Shown in pieces: positions 27,798 through 49,767 of a stretch of DNA of 64,000 nt. Numbering within the stretch: position 1 is the stretch's first letter; each line of letters opens with the position of its first letter. The DNA is from Lingula anatina. Lineage: Eukaryota; Animalia; Brachiopoda. The notes beneath the pieces were generated by a model. It ran no database searches and was not told where the DNA came from. It was given only the letters and a program-made list of their open reading frames with translations. A program made the translations under genes and the position numbers. The DNA lies in contig CM120644.1 of the NCBI GenBank assembly GCA_051362555.1, positions 1,682,954-1,746,953 of the forward strand, in the 5' to 3' direction.

Positions 27798-29509
27798 TGG
27801 TAACTTACAGGTCGTTCAAGTGTATAAGGATCCTTCCCATTTGGCAGCAGCATCCTTGGAGATTTAGTTGGGCCTGTCCTGGTTGGAGACCCCCTGGGGG
27901 AAGTTGTTGGAGATGGGGAGATAGGACCACAGTATGTACGGACTGGCTTTTGGATTCTCATCATATCCTCTGGAAACACTTTATTTAGAGCATCTACAGT
28001 ATGTATGTCAAACAGTCTTTCTTTGTGTGTGTCCATGTGTTGTACAGCTCTCTCCAAATAATGAATAAGCTGAAAAAGATGTCTCAATTCTAAATGTCTT
28101 TTTCCTGAAAAAATCTGCTTTCATATGTAAATGAAATAAAGAAAATAATACGTAATGAAATGAAAGATATTCAAATATTTGAATTAAATTAAACCACTGT
28201 CTTTACTTCTTTACAAAAGAGATACAAAAGATACAAAAGGAAATAGCCAAGCTTCTATACATAACAATATTTAAAAAATGCTGTTTTTAAAATGTGTGCA
28301 TAATATTTTTATTTTCTACATGACTCAGATCCTACCTCTGGTGAGCCTGAGAGATGACTGGCACATGGAGTCAACTGCTGTACTACCTCTGTCAGGAAAT
28401 CCCACGATGACCGACTGGAAAATAAAGTATTATATCTATAAAGTGTTATATGGCAGCACAGTTTACTTGTATAATAAATGAAGACTAAGACACTAGTGCA
28501 CCAGTGTAACAACATTAATCATAACAGATAGAATTAGACAAAAAAAAAACAGTTTTTCCCAATAAATTGTTAAAAATACTTTCAAATAACCTTGCTAAAT
28601 CTTTTTTTCACTTGACAAAATTTTTAAAAAATGACCTGAATTTCTTAATAAAAATTAATTAACAAACAATTTCCTTTAAAAAAAATCATAATTTGCATGT
28701 TATGTTATAAGAAAGAGGATTAAATTTTGTAAACTTTGGATCAAGACAATTAAGACTGCAAACTTGCTACAGTAATGTTCAATTTCTATACACTCCATAT
28801 TATACTGTACCTGTCCTGCTGGAGTGCTGTAATAAACAGTGCAATCAGCTCTTTCCTCAGTGTCACTAAGTCATCTGGGTTTGGGTCCTCTGAAGCCTCA
28901 ACTCTGGATTGATACAATATTATTATAATAATCATCTGGGTTTGTAATCGAATGTAATTCTAACTCTCATTTGGAGGGCAAACAAAGGAGACTAAGACCG
29001 AGAGAAACATGAAGGAGGACAGCAGAATGGCAGAAGGATGACAAGAAGGAGAGAGGAGGTAGTTTCCAGGGAAACCTTAAGGTAGAGAGACCTATGTAGT
29101 CTTAGCTTATTATCCATGAGGACTAGTGTTGTAACTCTTAATATACACCACGTGTATTTCTTGACATGAAGCTGGTTTCACAAAGGTATACAGTTGAGAC
29201 TAAAAGTCAAAATTAATTTTACTGGTAAAGTATTAGTCTGTGTGCACCAATGTATGAACATACATGTGTTCATGCTTACTTGTACATGAAAGTATGTATA
29301 TGTGTGCAGACTCAGTATGTGGTAGGACTGGTCATAAATACTCACCTCTCCCTGACATCCTTCAACCACTGCCTGGCCTGCTCCTTGATAGGCATCTTGA
29401 TGGCCTGTGTGGGAGACACCAGGCTCCTCCCACCATTGATAACTGGCAGCTTGGCAGAGCTGGTTGCATTGCCATTTGGGTCTACTGATGTCTCAACTTT
29501 GGTTGACAT
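1..29509 (-). CDS. DNHD1: Dynein heavy chain domain-containing protein 1, 5' part (35 coding exons, ~1780 codons; continues beyond the left edge)
   Basis: Phase-consistent GT-AG exons, 5'->3': 29346-29509 (ATG, MSTKVETSVD), 28811-28903, 28336-28414, 27809-28069, 27538-27625, 27147-27214, 26523-26636, 25999-26148, 25415-25584, 24923-25033, 24258-24305, 23989-24072, 23505-23594, 23229-23309, 22861-23024, 22103-22345, 21407-21569, 20750-20924, 20236-20454, 19708-19830, 18158-18319, 16178-16279, 8478-8675, 7958-8128, 7038-7278, 6090-6256, 5750-5884, 4718-4813, 4233-4364, 3620-3848, 2896-3069, 2184-2412, 948-1096, 430-684, <1-210. Dynein linker motifs PRHWKKIF, RSEFPRLYFLSNQEVVDL, FPSQCVLVAEAIMW; AAA1 entry HEYLGPSERLVFTPLTERAYLTLTLAL..GTLVGP; N-terminal RPYDLVAVP..PEHYVFSTFGVLHVYP..MTLGEWH..IPFFKYFLVRKALRCW resembles recalled DNHD1. 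Confidence 0.9.
4487..4635. mobile_element. ~150-bp foldback MITE with ~48-bp terminal inverted repeats
   Basis: GAGAGCATTCACGTTGATAAGAGCCAAGGTCTAGCAAGGCCAAGACCTA pairs with TAGGTCTTGGTCTTGCTAGACCTCGGCTCTTCTCGATGTGAATGCTCTC; TTT on both flanks. Confidence 0.75.
5226..7022. repeat. Cluster of imperfect (CA)n/(CATA)n tracts and a ~22-bp CACATACCAGACAAAAACAACA repeat in DNHD1 introns
   Basis: Tracts at ~5226-5372, 6617-6775, 6805-6900, 6980-7022; these are the source of the VCVC/THTH spurious ORFs. Confidence 0.85.
5440..5653 (+). mobile_element. ~215-bp MITE family A copy 1 (PIF/Harbinger/Tourist-like)
   Basis: Highly similar to copies at 7732, 9527, 22597, 61997. Imperfect terminal inverted repeats (..TTTCCATAGATT.AGATCGA / TCGATCTAAAATCTATGGGAA..). 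3-bp flanking duplication TAT. Confidence 0.85.
7732..7930 (+). mobile_element. MITE family A copy 2
   Basis: Same core (AACTCCCTGGGGGTTCACGC...GTGAGACTCCC); TAA on both flanks. Confidence 0.85.
8138..8205. repeat. (ATA)n microsatellite; similar (AAT)/(ATT)n tracts lie directly beside 3' splice sites at ~49730 and ~58597, and others at ~21910, ~26730
   Basis: Direct inspection. Confidence 0.9.
9527..9752 (-). mobile_element. MITE family A copy 3 (core inverted)
   Basis: Core is the reverse complement of the other copies (GGGGAGTCTCAC...GAACCCCCAGGGAGTT); TAA on both flanks. Confidence 0.8.
10390..10421. promoter_or_regulatory. Tandem pair of RFX X-box motifs in the largest DNHD1 intron
   Basis: GTAACCATAGCAAC (10390-10403) and GTTGCCATGGCAAT (10408-10421), both close to the consensus GTNRCCATRGNAAC. 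Confidence 0.55.
13727..13985. repeat. 25-bp tandem minisatellite (~10 units, 50-bp higher-order dimer) with internal hairpin
   Basis: Unit NTGACCCTGCT(C/G)AGATTGGGTCACC; CTCAG and CTGAG variants alternate. Confidence 0.9.
20110..20256. repeat. ~32-bp degenerate tandem repeat derived from a DNHD1 exon end/donor
   Basis: AAAGCACCACTTTCATTTTCAAAG x4 in the intron; exon junction reads CATACCTGCAGCACCACTTTCATTTC. Confidence 0.75.
21195..21454. repeat. 52-bp x5 tandem repeat made of a DNHD1 exon 3' end plus its donor site
   Basis: Units start at 21195, 21247, 21299, 21351, 21403; the last overlaps coding exon 21407-21569. Confidence 0.92.
22597..22812 (+). mobile_element. MITE family A copy 4
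   Basis: Near-identical to copy 1; TAA on both flanks. Confidence 0.85.
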
Positions 29510-30866
29510 TATTTGTTCTTCTTTCTAATTATCTTTTTACTGTAAAAAGTTCCATATATTGTTTGCATATTTATTCATGCCTTCATGAAAAAAAAAAAAA
29601 CAAATTTGGTCAGGTCATGGCGGAGAAATGAAAAGAAGTCTGTAATTTGTAGAGAACCATTTATACTTTAACTGTACTTTTTCTTTTTGTATATGAAGAA
29701 TGTTTACAGAAATAATGCGAACTTTCCTCATAATGAGATGGACTTCGACACTAAAATATCAGGTTTGTAGCCAAAAATATAATTTCTTATAGGAACATAA
29801 TTATCCTATTATGTAAAAATCCTTTTGTATGCATCAAAGCTAACAGCGAGCCATTGACTGATATCGACAGCGATACCAGTAATGATTTGGTCTTGATTTT
29901 TTTTTTTTTTTTTTTTTTTTTTCAAATTCGACAGGTGCTTAGCGCCTCTGATTATTGGACTGCATTTTGAACAACACAGCTTTTATTCCGATCGCAAATA
30001 CTTTACTTGGTTATATATTACATTCCTTGGACAGATAATCACCGCTCGTTCATCTACTTACCTTCATACACCCCAAAAACATTGTAAACTTTGATAACCT
30101 GCGTTCCCGAACTTTGGGTTGCCAAGTCGCCATTTTCAATCTTTACCTGAAGCTCCGCACAAGATTATTTGAATGTAAACTAAATTATAATATGATGAGC
30201 TATAATCATATTGTGTCTTTATTGTAACTTATTTTCAATATACTTTGGAATGGGCGAAAAATAAAATGTTTTGATTAAGTACTTCTTATGATATTAATTT
30301 GCTATATAAGCATTTTGACCAATCAAATCAAAATAACCAATTTACTCCGAACCAGAGAAGAGCGCCATATTGAAATGCGAAATGAAAACAAAATTTCCGA
30401 TCATTTAACTTTTGTGATATTCCATGCGAAAAGGTATGATTGTTTACAATGTTTTCACAATTTATTGCATCTACTTTCACAGTTACGATGTTGACCCTTT
30501 GAAACTTTGCGTTCACTAATCATTTTAAGTAGATTCGTCCGTGTTTATACCCTCGTTGTCAGCATCAATTTCATTGCAGTCGAAAGGAAATTCAAAATAA
30601 TGGGTTTCGTTATCATTATGTTTCTAAGTTGCGGCCTTTGTTTGATTCGCTTAAACCTTAAGTACAATATCATTGTTTCCTATTGTCAGTGTAGTTTAAT
30701 ACGAGGTATACTTTAACAGCTTCTCTTGTGTTGATTATGAAATTGCGAGAATTTATTCATTCAGTTCAAAAATGCAACTGAAAGTCAGAAAATAATCAAT
30801 AACAATATCAAATAACTTATCTCTTCATTAAAAGTTTGAATAACTTTTGCAGTTCTGTGATACAAG
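29510..30866. promoter_or_regulatory. Divergent (head-to-head) promoter region DNHD1 / CCDC34, with a probable non-coding DNHD1 first exon ending near 30062
   Basis: The two start codons face outward, 1.36 kb apart. CpG dinucleotides are locally more frequent (~29840-30700). On the minus strand a donor GAAG|gtaagt lies near 30061 and an acceptor near 29540, upstream of the DNHD1 ATG. Confidence 0.55.
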
Positions 30867-42686
<11,820 letters not shown>

Positions 42687-44382
42687 GTATGTGTCTGGTG
42701 TATCACAGTGTATGACAACTTGTCAAAGACTGCACAACGCAGAAGGGCACGTGCATTAATTGGACATATTATTACTGCGAGTTTGTGTTGAAAATAATTT
42801 GATCAATCTCATTTCTTGTTGAGGTGTGTGGATAAGTTCAGATCAACACAGGTGATAGGACTTTCAGTGCGATTCCTTTAGTTTGTTCTCTTTTAAGATC
42901 TTTTTAAATATCTTGCAGTGCACTTCTGCATGTCAACATCTTATGGCTAATCCTAACATAATGTTATAATGTTATGGGGGTTAAATCTGTTAACAGACCA
43001 TGTAGACCACAAAAGCTCCTTTCAGATTATTCTGTTATGTAACAGCCAGACTTTTTACTTAACTATCTCTTAAAACATTGCAATATTGTTAAGTACACTG
43101 CACGATGTGAGATTTGTAAATTTGTTTTGTCTTCAACTGTCTCGGCTCAAACATGGGCATGTATGCAATGGGTATTTTAAGACTGTCTCAGCAGCTTTAA
43201 CAAAAGCTTCAAGTTATTTATATAAGTAAACAAGATCTCTGTAGCTCTCCACAGTGTTTTTGTGTGCTTTTGGCATTGTGATACTATTATAATAGATTTA
43301 ATTTTTTTATCATTATTTTTTCAGTTGAAAATGTGAGATTGTTATTAGAAGCTTCCTTAGATGTTTACTCTATGTAGTATGAATCATACTATGATGAAGC
43401 TATATGTAGTAACAGTAATTACTCAAAATATTTGAACAACATTTTTTGGTTAAAAATATCAATTCAAAAGAATTGAAATTTTGACTAGCTGATAAACTGC
43501 TAGTAACAAATTACAGTGGACACAGTGTGTTAAACAAATAAAAATAAATAAATAATTGCTTGTCCAGTACCCAGACTCAGTGACTGTTGTGTGTGTTACA
43601 CTTGTGACCTGCTTATTGCTCAAACCACGAAGATCAATAAATGAGATATGTTTGCTGTTATGAATCGTTTGTTATTATTCTGATCAGCATCTTATTTTGT
43701 AGTAGAAAATTAACACACTGATATCATTACTTAAGTAAAATATATATTTTGCATACAAATATCTTGCGTAGTATAAATATTTTAATGTTTTTCACATACT
43801 TCAAATGTATGTAAATGCTATATATTTTGACTTCAAAACTAGATGTTAATTTTAAAATAAAATAACAAAGAAATACCAAGGTCCCAGATATTGCCAGTCA
43901 CTTTTTCTTAGACAGTGACTATTCAAAGAGAGCATTCCGCTTGAAAATAAAGCAAACAAAGACATGAATATCAAAATTATATGATTTCCTTATAGGGTTG
44001 CACTCTTAATTTGTAGTAACTTCAACTTGAGCATATAAAAATCTCTGCTAGAGCTAGACCTACAGATAATTTACTTCAACTGGAAGGAATGAAAAATATT
44101 CCAAGAACATTTGTCAATTTTCCACTGATCTGATTGAGAACACTGCTGTAAGTAAAATATTTCTGTTATTTAACTAAAACAACTTAAAGGGCGTTCTCAA
44201 AATTGCCCTATCACAGTCATAATTTAATAACAAGAAGGAATGTAAGATTTTGCCTTGAAGTTCAAACATTTAGTGTTCTTGAAAGACTAGACTATTAACT
44301 GCTTGAATACGAGAACCCCTTATTTATCTAACAAAACAATTTGTTCACACTTCAAAAATTATAAGTGTTTTATTTTTTTGAC

Positions 44383-46422
44383 TCAATATTTGTTTTCAAA
44401 AGGATCTCCTCCAATGATAGGAAACAAAGGGAGCAGAATTTCATGTAACTTCTTGGCACACAATTGCGTTGTCGTAGACATGAACCTTATAACACAGCCT
44501 GTGACTGGTCCATTCTTGGCCTCCAAACTTCTTGCTACTTTAAGAGGACTTATAGAAAATACAGTAGTATTATCATATCGAGCACCATAAGTTTTTGACT
44601 TTCCAAGTTCAATGAGCAAGTTCCTGTTAAATTCCTGCAATTTTGGTCCACATATTACCATTACTCCTGCCACGCTGTACTGTCCCATGCCTTGTTTTAT
44701 GGTTAACCAGGGTGTATCCTGTAAGCACTGAGAGTCTCTGAAGATGAGTTGGTCACTGTAATGGACACTGACAGTACTGTGGTATCTGAAAATATATGAT
44801 GGTTCACATTTACATGCTTGATTTTTTGGGAAAATGCTTTTAAACTCCAAGACCAATTTTTGTCTTAACTGACCTCACATATAGCATTAGTAGTTTACTT
44901 TAAATAGTGTTAGCATCATTTCCATCAAATGAAAATGCTTGATATTTTAGACCAACTGTTCACTTAGTCAAATATACCACTATAAAATTGAAACAGGGCA
45001 AATATTATTCAAGTTTACATTAACTTTCAGTCTTAAGTCATAAAGTAAAACATAAGGCAATTAACAACAAATAAATTAACTTAATTAATTCAATGTGAAA
45101 AACAATTACCACATTTTCAAAAGTTTCACATATCTTCAAAAATGTTCTACTTAATCAAACAAAATATGGTTCTGATAATGTTACTTTTTGAAGTCCCAGC
45201 ATTCTCCTCTGGCCATTCTACCTGAAGTGTACCAATCCAGAAGCACCAGGTTACTGTCTGTTGCCATGGTAACCAGCTGTGTCTGCTCATAGATGGCGTC
45301 CTTGTAGCAGACAATGGGATCAGGGAGAACGAACAGCAGAGATCCTGCCTGAACCTGGAAGATTTATTAATAACAAACTGAAATTATTTCTATTATACCA
45401 CAGTATCTTTAGTACAGTATCTCAAAGTAATCTCTCTTTTTTAAGTTTCACTGTATTTCTAATTCAAAATTTTAAGGTGAAATTAAATCTTTATTTGACA
45501 GGGTTGACTTGTTGCATGTGTGTTTCTCATGTCTAACTTGCACTGATGAGACACAATGATAGATATTAAATTATTTAACTGGAGAACATTTCGGGTAATT
45601 TTGTCAGGCAAATATCCTAAAATCTTACCTCATACTTAAACTGCTGTCTGGTCACCCTTCCATCCAGGCAGTGGTAGACTTTAGTGGAGGACTGTGTGGT
45701 CATCATCACTGCTATTCCTTCCTCTACACACACTTCCAGATTGACCTGGTCACCTCCCACCAGCCCTCCGCCATAGGATATAGCATACAGCCATTTACAC
45801 TGACTGGCACTGGCATGTTCTGGTAGTAGCAGTTTCAGCTGGAAGGAAATTGTGAGACTTATGAGATGTTGACTATAATATATAACTATAATATATAACG
45901 TGAGAGAGTGAGAAAAGGGAGAGAGAAGATTGTAGTGTATGTTAATTTGAAATGTGAGTTATGATATAAAAAACCTATACTATACAAAATTTTACACAAG
46001 ACAAGATCTCTAGAAATCGCCAGTTTGTCAGTGGTAAACATATGAAGCCAATAAGTCTCCTTCACCGAGTTACAGAAATTGTGTATCAGTTTTATTTTTA
46101 CGAACTGAACTTTATGCCAAAAAGAGTACTTAACATACAAGAAGCAGAGACACACACCTTTTTTATTCCATTCATTTATAAGTTGCTTATTCACTCTCTC
46201 ATTTAATAATATCTTCTTATTTACTCATATATTGACCATCTCATCTAAACATCGTTTACTTACTGGATAAGTGTAATACAGCGTGGTAGCCTGACAAGGC
46301 TTGAATTCAGCCTCCACCCCTGACCTCTGGTCACCACTGTACAAACTGTAGTTAGAGGACACTGCAAACCTGACCTCTCCCTGAGCTGTGACTGCCTGGC
46401 GGTCAGTCAGAGTGGACGACAT
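44383..46422 (-). CDS. ureD: Urease accessory protein D (UreD/UreH family), ~313 aa, 4 exons
   Basis: Exons 46264-46422, 45629-45838, 45185-45354, 44383-44785 (942 nt, phases consistent). Motifs YPLKLLLP, WLYAISYGGGLVGGDQVNL, MTTQSSTKVY, VLPDPIVCYKDAIYEQTQ, LVLLDWYTSGRMARGECWDF and C-terminal GGDPF are characteristic of eukaryote-type UreD. Confidence 0.9.
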
Positions 46423-48601
46423 CTCGGCTAGCTACTGGGTGTGCTGGTCAGCTCATTGTGTCGGCTGAATTTATGCTATAAAAGACTGAACATCATTAAA
46501 TTAAATACCTCATAACCACATAATAAACAAATAAACAAAATACTGAAAAATGTATGAGTTAATGTCTGCTAATTAAACTTCAAAATAAACTGCACGTACT
46601 GTACACCTTATTCTGGAGATGCGTCTTCAAACACTGTGCCTATAAGTGCATAGTCAGAGGAACACGTGAATAATTGTATCCACAGGGTATCATGACAAGT
46701 CAATGTTCTAGTTATATTCACTATACCCCTCCCCTCCAACACAAAAATATATATCCGTCTTTCCTTTAGCCTCTGAGCTTTGCTAAAAAATCAAAACTTA
46801 TGTCCAGATTTGTGCAAAATGTCAAACTGGCATTTTATGGACAACTTCAAATTCCCCACCCCCATTTAACTATACAGCTCTAAAGCTACATGTTAATTTG
46901 AAACAAGAATCAGTTTACATACCAGACATGAAAACAAGGTATCAGCTGCACATGTAGCTTACCACCTGACCTTGACCCATATATAGGTCACATACAGGCC
47001 ATTGTGTTGTGTGAGCACAACTAACGCAATGGCGGGTGAAACAGTCTCTGTTACTTTTTTTTCAATGATGCGTTTTAATTAATGGTTTGAAATTGCATAA
47101 AAATAGATAATTATATTTGTCTTTTTTTCGTCGTGACAGTGTCACCAAATACGTTTGCAAACTTGCAGTTACAGATGTCCACTTCTTGAATTTATTGTAA
47201 AATAGGACTGGATTGTTGAAAATAATTGAAAATCAGATTCCCAATATATTTACTCCTTTCCATGATCTAAGCAGGAAAGCGTGTTAATTTTTTGGTTTAT
47301 TTACAATTAGTATCATACATATTCATGATATGCTGCTTCATTTTCAACATTTTTCTTCATAAATTTGCCTCAGAATATATGTATACTTCAGAAGAAAAAA
47401 GGAGCATATTTTAAAAGCATACCACTCCAGTCGTGATATAACTGGTAAGAAGACAGTTGTAACTTTGCGTCTGTTTTCATTTGTCAGAATAATCTATCAG
47501 TCATTAGAAAGAGTGAAAGTTATGCTCCATGATACTGCACAATCTTCTTGTGAGTTCTAAGTCATGATAAATCTTGCTAATTTAATAGGCTATTATAGGT
47601 CCAAGGTCTGTCAAATTGTTGTTAGGTTTTGTATCACTGTAGATGATCAGGTTTGTTTATTGTAACTTTTACTATTGTTCACCTCCCATACTGGGTCTGT
47701 GCGATAACATGTATAGCTATGCTGTAAATGTAATGAACCTGTCACATGTATAACAAATCTATAGCGCTGTTGAAGATAATGTCCCGTAGCACAAAATTTT
47801 TCCAGTGTCATCCACTGTAACTGTCTCAAGTTAACACAGACATTTATTTACATGTAGTCAGTATATGTCACTTCTGCGATGTCCACTTGCTGCGGCCATG
47901 ACATGTCACGTTTCTGTTACTGATCTGCTAGTGTCTTGTTGCCAGGCAACCTCCCCGCTTGACAATGTTTGTCACAATACTGTTGACATTCTGTCTCACT
48001 GTCTGTGTCACTGCTGCAACAGTACTGTTATTGTTACTGTATTGTACACCTGTCCATCATCAGTACTTGTCTTGTTATCAAGTCCTGATTTACAGTCAGT
48101 CTGTAACTAGAAATACAGCAAAAAAGAAGGGTAAAATGCATCAATCTAGATGGACTACAGTCAGTTTGCTGTTTTAAGAAAATAACAAAACCAGTCACCC
48201 CCTCCCCTCAGCCATTTATCAGATGTACAGGATCATGCCTCCCATTTCACTTTTTTTTTTTGTACATTAAACCCCTAAAAACTACTCGCCCATCTTGAAA
48301 TCCAAATGATTTTGGGTTGTAAGAAACAGCAACAAAAAACACTTGGTGGCTTTATGCCTAGGGCTGCTTAAGGCAGAAAACTGCCAAAGAAAAGAATTTC
48401 AACAAGAATTTAAAAAATATATATATGCCTGCAATATAAAATTACAAAGAAGGCTGACACTTGCTCTGTACTGGGAAAAGGGGAGGGTGGGGGATAATGC
48501 TTCATCCAAAAAAATTAAAAAGAAAAAAGTCTTTGCACACTTTCCCCCCTTTCCAAAGAATTATGTGAAAACCTGTGCAGTTTTAACTCACCACAGCTGC
48601 T

Positions 48602-49726
48602 CTAGGTTCGGGGTCTCTTGGATGAAGGAGCGCCCTCTTCAGGCTGGGGTTCTGCCTCCATGACTTTGAGAAGCATGCCACAGACCTCCTGCTTGTGGAG
48701 GACACGCATGGCTTCATTGGCACTTTCCTCACTCCCATACTTCGCAAATCCACAAGTACGTCCTGAATAACAACATTTATTATTAACGAAAAAAAAAAAG
48801 CCCGAAATATTATCCAATTTGAAAATTTCTTCATTTTGCAGACATGTTAAAACAAACAAGACTGAAGTATTCTGAAAACTTTGTAGAATGACATCTTTAT
48901 GAAAAAAAGAAACAAGAAAAGAAGAAAAACAACAACATAAACAGAAGATTTCCTCTACCTATATCTCTATCCAAAATAATTTTTGATAGAGGAGCAAAAA
49001 TTTAGAGCCTCCACAACAAACCAAATAAAAAATCTGCCTCACCCCTCATCATGTAAGCATCAATCAAGTTCCCAAACCGAGAGAACAAGTCGGTGATGAT
49101 GAAGTCCGGCAGTGGATCCGGCTGACTGACAATGAACAGTCTCTTGGCAACCGGAGTGGACTCCAAGATCAGGGGCTGTTTGGCGGGTAGTTTGGCACTG
49201 CAGTAGGAACCATCTTCATCAACCTTGGGCTGCAGCTGTTCAAACAGATTGGGTGGAACCACCATCCCTGCTTGCCTCAACAGGTTGGTGGCCTGTAGGG
49301 GGAGACAGGTCAAAGGTTACTCAATACAAGCCCAGTGTAGGGTTTTTATCTTTTAAAGATGCATGTTACGTAATAACTTATGTCAAATCATTGTCAGTGA
49401 ACCAAATTAAATGTTTGAGTATGACTTAAAGTAAAACCAAAGATTTTTTCATTATATTATTTCCCTTTTCCAGTTAAATTTTCTTCCTTTCTGTGCCTTC
49501 TGGACTAGAGGTTGGGGGAAAATTTTCCTTTCCTTTCCAAAAATAAATCAATTAATAAAGAAATTGATCCATGCAAGGTTGTGGTGGTATGCGGGGGGAA
49601 GAGATTCTCAGGACCTGAGGGGAACAAGTTACCTGCATCACAGAGCTGATCATCCCAGCGTGATCCATCTTTTTATTACTGCCAGCAGGGGTCACTCCTG
49701 TAGGGCTCACACTGGCCAGAGCACTG

Positions 49727-49767
<41 letters not shown>

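Noticed and set aside
44383-46422. ureD as bacterial contamination or a very recent horizontal transfer
   Set aside because: It has three spliceosomal introns, host-like composition and no operon neighbours.
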